Positions 17,202-26,696 of a stretch of 55,903 nt of DNA are shown in pieces. The notes beneath the pieces are model-generated. The model did not search any database and had not been told where the DNA came from. It saw only the letters and a list, made by a program, of their open reading frames with translations. The stretch covers positions 1 to 55,903 of the forward strand of contig JAWODM010000065.1 in the NCBI GenBank assembly GCA_046483305.1, in the 5' to 3' direction. The DNA comes from Candidatus Krumholzibacteriales bacterium. GTDB taxonomy: Bacteria > Krumholzibacteriota > Krumholzibacteriia > Krumholzibacteriales > WJIX01. Position 1 is the first letter of the stretch, and each line of letters starts with the position of its first letter. A program made the translations under genes and the position numbers.

Positions 17202-20200
17202 CTACTTCTGGAGGATTTCCAGAAGGTCCTTCTCCAGAGAAGTCCGGGGGGATTCTATGATTCTTCCTATCTCTCTGCCGTTGCGGTAGATAATGAAAGT
17301 GGCCACCCGCTGCACATCGTAGTAACTCTTGACCCGGTCAGACCAGCGCAGCAGCTTCTCCGGAATCCCCGATTCCGGAGTGAACCTGGAGCTTCCAACC
17401 GCCAGGTAATTTATTTCCAGGTCCGGGTAACCGGCCATTTCCAGAATTCTCCACATCCTTGGAATATCCCTTCTCGAATCTGAGCACCAGGAACCGAATA
17501 CGCAGGTAATGGATATATCTTCCAGGTAATCCCCTATTCTGGAAGTTGTTACGGGATCGGGCCCGTATTCCGCAAACCAGGAGGGGAGGTGGGTGCTGAA
17601 ATCCTCTCTGGATATATTGCCCAGCAGTATCTCTCCGTACTCTTCGGTCTCTATATTGCGGGCGCCGATATCTTCCGGGGCTTTCTCCAGGGGAGGATAC
17701 ATATTACTCCACCACTGATCCTGTCCCTTCAGCCACCTGTCGAACCAGGCAATAATAGCATCCGACCATCTGATTCTCTTCTTGTATTCCAGGATGAAAT
17801 GGTTCTGCCCGGAAAATTTGATATATTCCACTTCCTTGCCCAGAAGTTTCAGGGCTGTATACATCTGTTCGCTCTCTCCGGGCGGGACATTGGTGTCACT
17901 GGCTCCGTGAAGAAGAAGCAGCGGGGTATTTATCCTGTCCGCGGAAAAGAGAGCGCTCTGTCCGATATACAGGTCCGGATTGTTCCAGGGGAAGCTGTTG
18001 GCCGCAGCTACCGCATTGTAAGAGTATCCCCAGTAACCCTCTCCCCAATAGCTGGTTATGGAGCTGATCCCGGCGTGCGAAACGGCGGCGGCGAATATAT
18101 CTGTCTCGGTTATCAGCAATTGGGTCATGAAACCTCCGAAAGAGGCGCCGATGCATCCCACTCTTTCAGGGTCCACGAAGGGGTGTGCTTCCAGGAATTT
18201 CCTGGTTCCCTCTATGATTTCGCCGGTGGTGGTCTTTCCCCAGTCATTTACATGCACTGCGGAGAATTCCTGTCCGAACCCGGTAGCTCCGCTGGGTTGA
18301 AGGACGTATACTACATAACCCATGGCCGTCCATAGATTCTTTGGGTATCTTCCCCCGAAGGACCTGCTGACCGGGCTGGTTCCGCCGTAATAGTAGACTA
18401 TGCATGGATAGGTTCCGGAGGGGTCGAATCCGGGAGGATAATGGACCCTGCCGGCAATTTCCCTGCCGGATTCGGCGGTGAAGTTCCATGACTTGACATC
18501 GGATTTTCTTATATTACGGAAATGTGGCCCCGCCGGGTCGAGGATCACCTTCCCCTTTCCTCCGTCCGGGTTGATCCTGTAGAGGCGGCGGTGCTCGTCG
18601 GCCGATTCCCCCGTATACATTGCTACCAGTTTTTCTGACGCGATATCCACATTGGATACTACCTCGCAGTTTGTTTCCAGCGCCTTGAATTCGCCCCGTC
18701 CCGGCGAATAGCGGAACAGCCTGACCAGAGAACCGTCCTCCGCGGTTAAGTATATATTTCCGTCTGCCTCCGCCCAGCCGGCTCTGATAACCGCCGGTTT
18801 GAATTCTCTGGTAATCGCCTCCACGCTCCCGTCTTCGGGATTCATGATGAAGGCCTGTCCGTCGTAGTCGTTGGGAATTGTGCCATCCGGAACATTTACC
18901 CCGATACTTCCGAAGGTGGAGGGCCCTCCGGTTACCAGTATCCTGCTTCCATCTGGAGAATACGCCGCGCTGCTAAACCAGGAGCCTTCCCAGAGCAGTT
19001 TTTTCTCCATACCCTCAAGCTCAAGGGAGTAAAGTTCGGTTTTTGAATAGGGGCGGCGCTTCAGCAGCTCGTAGTTTCTGGAAATGAGTATTCTGTCTCC
19101 ATCCGGGTGGATGTCCAGAAGCCTGGTTGTGTGCTCGCCATCGGTAAGCTTTCTGCTCACCCCGTCTCCGGCAGAGAGAATGTACAGAAAGGACCTGTTT
19201 CTTCCGTAGGATTTTCGGTCGTAAAGTCCCCGGAGCCTCTTTATCCCGCTCTGATCCTTTTCCGGCTCCCTGGAAGCGGAATAGATAATAAATTCTCCGT
19301 CCCTGCTCCAGCTGTAATACTCCAGCCTTTCGATATCCCGGGCAATCACTTTGTCGATGCCGCTGTCCAGGTCTATAACCCGGATGGCGCTTTTGTTATC
19401 TTCGGTAACGGTATAGGAAAGCTGATTCTTTCCGCCCACCCATTTAATTCTTCCGATTCCGCCTTCGGCGACAATAGTCCTGATCGATTCCCCGGAACCC
19501 GTTTTTATTATCCTGGTTTCCGTTTCTCTGTCTCCCTCTTCGGAGATAATTCTGCTGATGCTAACCGCTGCCAGCTTCCCGTCGCCGGAGAGGTCTATAT
19601 CGCGTATGTGCGGAGGGTCCAGGACATCGTGGATATTCATCCCTCTCTCGGGGGAAACAGAAGTGGTAATTTTGAGTCCGGATTGGCCGCTGGAAGATAC
19701 GCCGGCGCTGACCTTCCAGGGGTGAATTGAATCCCCGGGAACGTAAACTGTCTTGATGATGATTCTGTGCTTACCTCTCTTCAGCTCGGCGCTTCCTTCT
19801 TCGTATTCTCCCGGGCTTTTACCTTTCCCGCATTCGACAACTTCATTTCCGCCTGCTATCAGCTTGAACGGATACGGACAGCTGATCCTGAAATCGACTT
19901 CAGCCCATCTATCCAATTCGATATAGGCGGCCAGAAAAGCCGCCGAGATTTCTTCGGGCTCATCCGACAGAACCATCTCCCCGTTATCAGATCTGCGGTG
20001 TTCCCATTGAAGTTTCCCCGCCGCCGGAAAATCAATCTTCAGCCCTTTTTCCGTTTCCGGAATCTGTTGCGGCAGGAACTGGTAGGAAAGCAGAAATGCG
20101 CTGACCTCCTTATCCTCCATGTCGAAAGCCGGGGGTGGCGTTACGACCGGTCCCAGGACCAGCCAGTCAGTAATATTATCGTACCCGGCTTCGGCGCCGT

Positions 20201-20285
20201 TTTCCCCGGCAACGCCCGGACCGTTGAAGCATGCCAGGGCTGCGGCAAGAATGATTGATATCCTTAATACCTTCCGGAGTTTCAT
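17202..20285 (-). CDS. Secreted S9 (prolyl oligopeptidase/acylaminoacyl peptidase) protein with C-terminal thioredoxin-like domain
   Basis: Signal peptide; propeller repeats; GASFGG, HGASDTNV, GQNH catalytic triad; tail FGSWCSDSRRDIP...VATFI...GRIIE. Confidence 0.92.
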   Translation of the reverse strand: MKLRKVLRISIILAAALACFNGPGVAGENGAEAGYDNITDWLVLGPVVTPPPAFDMEDKEVSAFLLSYQFLPQQIPETEKGLKIDFPAAGKLQWEHRRSDNGEMVLSDEPEEISAAFLAAYIELDRWAEVDFRISCPYPFKLIAGGNEVVECGKGKSPGEYEEGSAELKRGKHRIIIKTVYVPGDSIHPWKVSAGVSSSGQSGLKITTSVSPERGMNIHDVLDPPHIRDIDLSGDGKLAAVSISRIISEEGDRETETRIIKTGSGESIRTIVAEGGIGRIKWVGGKNQLSYTVTEDNKSAIRVIDLDSGIDKVIARDIERLEYYSWSRDGEFIIYSASREPEKDQSGIKRLRGLYDRKSYGRNRSFLYILSAGDGVSRKLTDGEHTTRLLDIHPDGDRILISRNYELLKRRPYSKTELYSLELEGMEKKLLWEGSWFSSAAYSPDGSRILVTGGPSTFGSIGVNVPDGTIPNDYDGQAFIMNPEDGSVEAITREFKPAVIRAGWAEADGNIYLTAEDGSLVRLFRYSPGRGEFKALETNCEVVSNVDIASEKLVAMYTGESADEHRRLYRINPDGGKGKVILDPAGPHFRNIRKSDVKSWNFTAESGREIAGRVHYPPGFDPSGTYPCIVYYYGGTSPVSRSFGGRYPKNLWTAMGYVVYVLQPSGATGFGQEFSAVHVNDWGKTTTGEIIEGTRKFLEAHPFVDPERVGCIGASFGGFMTQLLITETDIFAAAVSHAGISSITSYWGEGYWGYSYNAVAAANSFPWNNPDLYIGQSALFSADRINTPLLLLHGASDTNVPPGESEQMYTALKLLGKEVEYIKFSGQNHFILEYKKRIRWSDAIIAWFDRWLKGQDQWWSNMYPPLEKAPEDIGARNIETEEYGEILLGNISREDFSTHLPSWFAEYGPDPVTTSRIGDYLEDISITCVFGSWCSDSRRDIPRMWRILEMAGYPDLEINYLAVGSSRFTPESGIPEKLLRWSDRVKSYYDVQRVATFIIYRNGREIGRIIESPRTSLEKDLLEILQK

Positions 20286-20599
20286 GATTTATACCCTTTC
20301 TTCTTAAAAAGTTATATGACCTGATGATTGTATAATTTGCCGTGGAGAATTTCAAGTATTGCTGAATTGTGGTTACCTTTAATCTCTATATCTGCATCCT
20401 GGCATAATTTTAACTGGACAGACGAGCTTTTACCTTTCATTTTTATAATCAGCCGGGGAGAATCCGGGATCCGTTTTCCCGGTCCCCGGCCTGGACGAAC
20501 CGGGCGGGAGATTATGATTTCGGCATTTGAGGCAATTCCCCGGGCCGTGTTTATTTGAAAAAATATGTGATTATTTCTATGGCAGCAGGGAGGTTTTTT

Positions 20600-21679
20600 A
20601 TGAGGATAGGCGTACTTACCGGCGGGGGCGACGCTCCCGGGCTTAATCCGGCAATCTCGGGGGTGGTTGAGAGGGCATCCATGTATGGATACGAAGTCAT
20701 CGGACTTAAACGCGGTTGGGAGGCTCTGGTAGCAGAGGATCCGGAAAATTATGCGGTCGGGCTGGGTCCCGAAATAGTTCGGACTTACAGCCGGCTGGGA
20801 GGCAGTATGCTGCAGTGCAGCAGGACTAATCCTGTTTCGGAAAAAAAAGATCGCACCGATATGGTTCTGAAGAACATGAAAAAGCTGGGGCTGGACGCCC
20901 TTATAGCCATGGGAGGGGACGATACGCTCGGGGCCGGGGCGGAACTGAGTAAAATGGGCCTTAACGTCATCGGTATTCCCAAGACCATCGACAGAGATCT
21001 GGAGGGCACCGAGTATTCGCTCGGTTATGATACCGCTCTCAATGTGATATGCAAATCGGCTGAGCAGATAGCGCACTCTGCCCAGAGCCATCAGACCATG
21101 TTCTTCCTGGAGGTAATGGGAAGGCATGCCGGGTGGCTGGCTCTGCGGGGGGGAGAGGCGGCTTTCGCCGACGTGATCCTGATACCGGAATACCCCTTCG
21201 AGGTTCAAAAGCTGGTTTCGGTGCTTCATGCCAGGATGGAAGAGAGCAGGAGCCTGGGCCTAGACCATCTTTACAAGATAATAGTGGTCGCTGAGGGCGC
21301 CCATATTGAAGGGGAGGCGGAAGTGAGAAAGGACGCCAAGCTGGATGAATTCGGGCATTACAGCCTGGGTGGGGTAGGTCACTATCTGAAGGGATTACTG
21401 GAGCACAATTTCGATCACACCAGGTATATGGCCCTGGCGTACCTTCAGAGGGGAGCGCCTCCTTCCCAGAAGGACCGCCAGATGGGCAGGCGTTTCGGCA
21501 ACAACGCCGTGGAGATGCTGAAGAACGGCGATACCGGTTTCATGGTGGCTCTGAAGAAATCCAGGCTGAGAAAAGTACCTCTGGCAACAATCAAAAAGTC
21601 TCCCAGCCTGGTGAATGTGGACGAGCATTACGATACGGAAAATCTTAATGTTAAGATAGAGTGGACTGACCGGGATTAA
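20600..21679 (+). CDS. pfkA: 6-phosphofructokinase (PfkA family), likely PPi-dependent
   Basis: ATG20600 after GGGAGG; LTGGGDAPG, SRTNP, GGDDT, PKTIDRD, EVMGRHAGWLA, LQRG. Confidence 0.92.
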   Translation: MRIGVLTGGGDAPGLNPAISGVVERASMYGYEVIGLKRGWEALVAEDPENYAVGLGPEIVRTYSRLGGSMLQCSRTNPVSEKKDRTDMVLKNMKKLGLDALIAMGGDDTLGAGAELSKMGLNVIGIPKTIDRDLEGTEYSLGYDTALNVICKSAEQIAHSAQSHQTMFFLEVMGRHAGWLALRGGEAAFADVILIPEYPFEVQKLVSVLHARMEESRSLGLDHLYKIIVVAEGAHIEGEAEVRKDAKLDEFGHYSLGGVGHYLKGLLEHNFDHTRYMALAYLQRGAPPSQKDRQMGRRFGNNAVEMLKNGDTGFMVALKKSRLRKVPLATIKKSPSLVNVDEHYDTENLNVKIEWTDRD

Positions 21680-22833
21680 CCTTCCGGGCTGTTCTTGAGA
21701 TTTATAACAATCCGGGAACTTGATTTTCCGGGGTAGAGATCGATAATACAGCTCTTGTTCAGGCGGTAACCTTTATCCTTAAGCCGGCGGAGGTCGCGGG
21801 CGAGCGTTGCCGCATCCGCTGAATTGATGGTTATCTCGGCAGGTTCTTCTTTAAGAATCCACTTCAGCAGTGGTTTGGAGATGCCGCCCTGCGGCGGAGA
21901 TACCAGCAGGCTGTTTACCCCCCTTATCTCTCTCAGCGCTTTTTGCATCCTTCCCCGGATAAATTGCGCCCCTGCTATTTCATTGAGCCGGGCCGCCGTT
22001 TCCGCATCCTCTATGCTGACCCTGTCTTCGTCTATTCCCAGGACCTTCAACCCCTTACGCGCGAAGGCCAGCGAGAGCGTTCCCTCGCCGCAGAAGAGCT
22101 CCACTATTCTTCCCTCAGGCGTGTCCGGCATGGAGGTGACTGTTTCTACGAATTTTTCCCTGAGATAGAGGTTGTCTATGATGGGGGGGCGGGGCCTGAC
22201 CGGGAAAAGGTTGCCGGCCGTTTCGAGCAGTATATCCGGCGTCTCTATTATACCCTTGACTCCCCAGATCCGGGCGATTCCGAATTTATCCGTAACGGCC
22301 AGGGCGGGCCCGGAGTTCCGGCAGGACCGGCCGGTAAGTTCCTGTACCGCGGCTCTGGTATTTTCCGAAAGAAGGGGACAGCCATCGGGCGGAAAGGGTA
22401 CCACTTCTTCAGATTCCGGGCTTCTGAGCCCCGGACGCCCCTCTTCGTCAAACTCGAAGGTTACGCTGCTCCTGTATCCGAAACGCCCGGGGGACTGTAT
22501 CATATTATCGGTATCTATCCCGGATTTGCCTATTCTCATGAACGTCTCGGCGGTCATGCCGCGTTTTGTTTCAGCTTCGTCATTATAACTGAGATGAAGG
22601 AAATCGCATCCCGGACATTGGGTGAAATTGGGGCAGGCCGGCTCAATCCTCAGGGCGGAAGGTTCCAGAATCTTTTCGATCCTGCTGAAAAGTATATTCC
22701 CGCTCTCTTTCTCAACGGAGAATTCGACCCTGTCTCCCGGCGCGGCAAAGGGAAGAAAAACCGTTTTCCCCTCGAAGAATGCCAGTCCCAGCCCTCCCTC
22801 GATTATCTTCTTAACTGTGGTTACTCCGGTCAT
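21676..22833 (-). CDS. RlmD/TrmA-like RNA m5U methyltransferase homolog, catalytic residues missing
   Basis: TRAM-like N-terminus; CPNFTQCPGC Fe-S motif; ELFCGEG; SPPQGG; NSADAATLARD. Confidence 0.8.
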   Translation of the reverse strand: MTGVTTVKKIIEGGLGLAFFEGKTVFLPFAAPGDRVEFSVEKESGNILFSRIEKILEPSALRIEPACPNFTQCPGCDFLHLSYNDEAETKRGMTAETFMRIGKSGIDTDNMIQSPGRFGYRSSVTFEFDEEGRPGLRSPESEEVVPFPPDGCPLLSENTRAAVQELTGRSCRNSGPALAVTDKFGIARIWGVKGIIETPDILLETAGNLFPVRPRPPIIDNLYLREKFVETVTSMPDTPEGRIVELFCGEGTLSLAFARKGLKVLGIDEDRVSIEDAETAARLNEIAGAQFIRGRMQKALREIRGVNSLLVSPPQGGISKPLLKWILKEEPAEITINSADAATLARDLRRLKDKGYRLNKSCIIDLYPGKSSSRIVINLKNSPEG

Positions 22834-23169
22834 CTCTTTCTATTCCATTCCTGATCATAAGATGAGTGCCGATTCTGTTTACGCGGCCGGGAATCCGGTT
22901 CCGCGACGCTGCTTCGGGTTACCTGTAATCTAACCGAATATTCCCTTTAATTCCACACCTGATCCGTGAAGAGGGCAAACTTCTTTAAAAAGCCGGGGCA
23001 TAATATTCCGCGGCGGCAGGCGGACGAGCCTCCGGCGTTACCGGTTCAATTAACTTTCTAATAGTGCTTTACCTGGCATTTTTTACTTACTATACTGGAG
23101 TAACCGCAAAACGGAAAGGCCAGGATGGCCTGCGGGAGAGAGCAGATTCTTTGAAAGGGAGTAACGGGT

Positions 23170-24360
23170 TTGAAGGCCGGAATGATTCTGCAGAATACCA
23201 TGCCGCCACCGGATATAAGGGTGGAAAAGGAAGCGGCAACTCTGTCGGGGGAAGGGCATGAGGTCCATCTCCTGGTTGAAAGGAAGCCGGGGGAAGAGAG
23301 GGAAGAAAGCATCAAGGGCATGAAGCTGCTCCGCGGCCTCCGGATGGGCCCGTTAAAAGAGAGGATTCACCGGTATACCTTCTCCTTCACATTCAGGGAT
23401 CTGAACTGGCGCCGGGCGATACAATCGCTCATAAGGGAGAGAGGGGTGGACCTGCTCCATGTTCACGACCTTCCTCTGGCGGGGGAAGCAGTAAGGGCGG
23501 GAAGGGCGGCGGGACTGCCGGTAATCGCGGACCTTCATGAGAACTATCCCGCCGGGCTTCAAGTCTGGTATACCAACAGGCTGAAGAAGATGACCATATA
23601 CAACTACAAGCGATGGAGTGAATATGAGCGGAATATCCTTAAGGAGGTAGACGCCGTAATTGTGGTCATCGAAGAGTCCGCGGAAAGACTTAAATCACTT
23701 GGAGTTCCGGAAGACAAGTTATTCGTGGTTCCGAATACGGCCAGTCTGGACAGGGAAGAGATCGAGATAGATACCGGTATTGTCGAAAAATACAGGGATA
23801 ATTTCATGATTTCCTATGTTGGGGGGTTCGCGCCCCACCGGGGTTTGGACGTGGTGATAAGGGCTCTACCCATGGCGGCGCAGCGGATACCATCTATGAA
23901 GCTGGTTCTGGTGGGTGGCAGAAATCCCTCTTACCGGAATTATCTGAATAAGCTGGCCGGCGGCCTGGGGTGCGGTGAAATGGTTGAGATGACCGGGTGG
24001 GTGGAATTCGAGAAAATATGGAGTTTTATCGAAGCCAGCGATATATGCCTGGTGCCTCATTCCAGAAATCCCCATACAGATACCACCATACCGCATAAGA
24101 TATTTCAGTATATGATGCGCGGGAAACCTGTAATCGTAAGTGACTGCCCTCCCCTGAAGAGAGTAATAGAGGAAGGAGGGGCGGGGCTTTCATTCCGTTA
24201 CGACAGTCCTTCTCAGCTAGCGGAAAGGATGATCGAATTGTACGAAAACCCGGATTTGAGGGAAAAGTTTTCCCGGGACGGGCAAAAGGCTTTCAGGGAT
24301 AAATTCAACTGGGAAAAAACCTCTGGCCGGCTAAAGGAACTTTACGAAAATATACTGTAG
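23170..24360 (+). CDS. GT4 family glycosyltransferase
   Basis: DIRVEKEA, HVHDLP, DLHE, PHKIFQYMMRGKPVIVSD, FNWE. Confidence 0.92.
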   Translation: MKAGMILQNTMPPPDIRVEKEAATLSGEGHEVHLLVERKPGEEREESIKGMKLLRGLRMGPLKERIHRYTFSFTFRDLNWRRAIQSLIRERGVDLLHVHDLPLAGEAVRAGRAAGLPVIADLHENYPAGLQVWYTNRLKKMTIYNYKRWSEYERNILKEVDAVIVVIEESAERLKSLGVPEDKLFVVPNTASLDREEIEIDTGIVEKYRDNFMISYVGGFAPHRGLDVVIRALPMAAQRIPSMKLVLVGGRNPSYRNYLNKLAGGLGCGEMVEMTGWVEFEKIWSFIEASDICLVPHSRNPHTDTTIPHKIFQYMMRGKPVIVSDCPPLKRVIEEGGAGLSFRYDSPSQLAERMIELYENPDLREKFSRDGQKAFRDKFNWEKTSGRLKELYENIL

Positions 24361-24409
24361 AGATCAAATAGTTCTGAAATATTATCCAGACGAAAAGGCG
24401 GAGGAGAAA

Positions 24410-25513
24410 TTGGAAGTTAAATTACTGGACCTGGTCCCACAGTACCGGAAGATAAGGGAAGAAGTCCTGGACTCGGTACGGGGTGTTTTCGAAACTCAAC
24501 AGTTTATTCTTGGCGAGACCGTAAGAGATTTTGAAGAGGATTTCGAGGATTATTACGGGATCAGGCACGCGGCGGGTACCGCTTCGGGTTCCGACGCCAT
24601 TCTGATATCCCTTATCGCTCTGGGTATCGGCGAGGGAGATGAAGTGATCACCACCCCCTATACTTTCTTCTCCACGGTAAGCTCCATAGTGAGAACCGGA
24701 GCCGTTCCGGTGTTCGTCGATATCGACCCCCGTACCTATAATATGGACCCGTCTCTTCTGAGAGAGGCGGTTACCGGCCGCACCAGGGCGGTAATTGCGG
24801 TCCACCTGTTCGGGCAGAGCGCCGATATGGAACCGGTGATGGAGCTGGCGGGGGAGAAGGGCATTTATGTCATAGAGGATGTGTGCCAGTCGGTGGGGGC
24901 CGTTTACAGAGGCGTCAAGTGCGGAAGTATGGGAGACGCCGGCTGTTTTTCGTTTTTCCCTTCCAAGAACCTGGGAGGGGCCGGCGACGGAGGGTTGATT
25001 ATCACCGGAGAAGACGAACTAGCCGCCAGGATCAGGGCTATTCGTGTGCATGGAGAGGTGGAAAGGTACAGGCATAAGTATATCGGGATCAACAGCAGGC
25101 TGGACGCCCTGCAGGCCGCGGTTCTGAAGGTGAAACTGAAGTACCTGGAAGAATGGAACCGGGCAAGGCGGGAGAACGCTTCCCGCTACGATTCAGCGTT
25201 CAAAGGGATGGATGGTATTGCCCCTCCGTATGTAGAGGAAGGAAATCTCAGCACTTTCAACCAGTACGTTATCAGAGTTGAAAGAAGAGACGCGCTGAGG
25301 GATTATCTCGCGGAAAAGGGGATAGGCACGGCGGTATATTACCCTGTGCCGCTGCATCTGCAGGAATGTTTCCGGTATCTCGGCTGGAAGGAGGGCTCGC
25401 TGCCGGAGTCGGAGCTTGCCGCTGAACAGACCCTGGCCCTTCCGGTATATCCGGAGCTCCCGCGGGACGAGCAGGATTATGTGATAGAGAATGTAAGAGC
25501 TTTTCTGAGCTAG
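24410..25513 (+). CDS. DegT/DnrJ/EryC1/StrS PLP-dependent sugar aminotransferase
   Basis: ASGSDA, VHLFGQ, IEDVCQ, SFFPSKNLG, NSRLDALQAA, YYPVPLH. Confidence 0.95.
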   Translation: MEVKLLDLVPQYRKIREEVLDSVRGVFETQQFILGETVRDFEEDFEDYYGIRHAAGTASGSDAILISLIALGIGEGDEVITTPYTFFSTVSSIVRTGAVPVFVDIDPRTYNMDPSLLREAVTGRTRAVIAVHLFGQSADMEPVMELAGEKGIYVIEDVCQSVGAVYRGVKCGSMGDAGCFSFFPSKNLGGAGDGGLIITGEDELAARIRAIRVHGEVERYRHKYIGINSRLDALQAAVLKVKLKYLEEWNRARRENASRYDSAFKGMDGIAPPYVEEGNLSTFNQYVIRVERRDALRDYLAEKGIGTAVYYPVPLHLQECFRYLGWKEGSLPESELAAEQTLALPVYPELPRDEQDYVIENVRAFLS

Positions 25514-25553
25514 AACCGCATGGGGGGGGAAAAGAGAGGTAGGTTAACCCGGT

Positions 25554-26696
25554 TTGAAGATTATCTGCTTTTCTGAGATACAATACCGTTATGTGAAAAC
25601 CCGGAAGCAGCAGATTCTTGCCAGGTTCCCCGGTGATTGGGAGATTCTCTTCCTGTCCAGCGTGGTGGCGGGCAGGAAGAACAACTTCTTTCCGGAGAGA
25701 GACGGCCGGATTGTGCACCTCTGCATACCTGTTTTCAAGAATTTCCCTCAGAAGAGCCTAAGGTTTGTTTTCTCTCTTCCCCCGGTCAGGTTCATCTGGA
25801 ATATCCTGCTGCTTATCTGGCTCAAACTGGTTTTTCTGGCAACCGGCTTCAGCGGAAGGGACCGGGTATTCTACGTATCAAATATCTATTACGGGGCTGT
25901 TCTTAAATTGCTTCCCAGGAGGCTGATGCTATACGACTGCAATGATGATCCGATGGAATTCCCGGATGTGCAGAGCTGGGCGGAGAAATATTTCAGAAAT
26001 CTGGCCTTCTCGGCCGACGTGGTGGTGGCAGTCAGCCGGGGACTGGTGATTAAGCTGGAGAATATGGGAGTCAACAATCTATACAGAATAGGTAACGGGG
26101 TGGATTATAAGCTTTTTTCTGAGAGCGCCTCGGCGGGGCCCCCGGAGGAGATGAACAGGTTCGGCAGGCCTGTGATCGGATACGCCGGAGCGATAGCTCA
26201 GTGGTTTAATACCGGACTGCTGGACAGGCTGGCCGGCGAATTTGATGATATTTCAATAGTCCTGATGGGCCCCCTGTTCGAGAGCAGGAGAGACGAGATA
26301 GAGGAAATAATTGAAAGGAGGGGGAACCTGTACTATCTGGGGTCCAAGCCGTACGGGGAACTGGGAGCTTATCTTGCGTCTCTGGATGTGTGCATTATCC
26401 CTCTCAGGATGAATAGACTCATGAAATATGCCGACCCCAACAAGCTTTACGAGTACGCGGCGGTTGGGAAGCCGATAGTAACCATGAGATTCTCCGAGGA
26501 TATGGACCGGTACGCTGATTTTATCTATCTCTCCCGCAGCGAGGATGAATTCATTGGGAATGTTCGAAGAGCGTTGACCGAGGGAGCCGACAGGGAAAAG
26601 CTCCGGGATTTTGCAAGAAGAAGCAGCTGGCAGGCCCGGGCCGATGAAATGGCCAGGCTGATCGAAAATCATTACCGGGAAGGAAATCGCCGTTGA
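25554..26696 (+). CDS. GT-B glycosyltransferase (GT4-like)
   Basis: YDCNDD, NGVDY, IGYAGAI, PNKLYEYAAVGKPIV, SWQAR. Confidence 0.88.
   Translation: MKIICFSEIQYRYVKTRKQQILARFPGDWEILFLSSVVAGRKNNFFPERDGRIVHLCIPVFKNFPQKSLRFVFSLPPVRFIWNILLLIWLKLVFLATGFSGRDRVFYVSNIYYGAVLKLLPRRLMLYDCNDDPMEFPDVQSWAEKYFRNLAFSADVVVAVSRGLVIKLENMGVNNLYRIGNGVDYKLFSESASAGPPEEMNRFGRPVIGYAGAIAQWFNTGLLDRLAGEFDDISIVLMGPLFESRRDEIEEIIERRGNLYYLGSKPYGELGAYLASLDVCIIPLRMNRLMKYADPNKLYEYAAVGKPIVTMRFSEDMDRYADFIYLSRSEDEFIGNVRRALTEGADREKLRDFARRSSWQARADEMARLIENHYREGNRR

Noticed and set aside
20452..20490. GC-rich hairpin between the S9 gene and pfkA as an ncRNA or riboswitch
   Set aside because: Single hairpin with no recognisable aptamer motif and no second copy seen; insufficient support.
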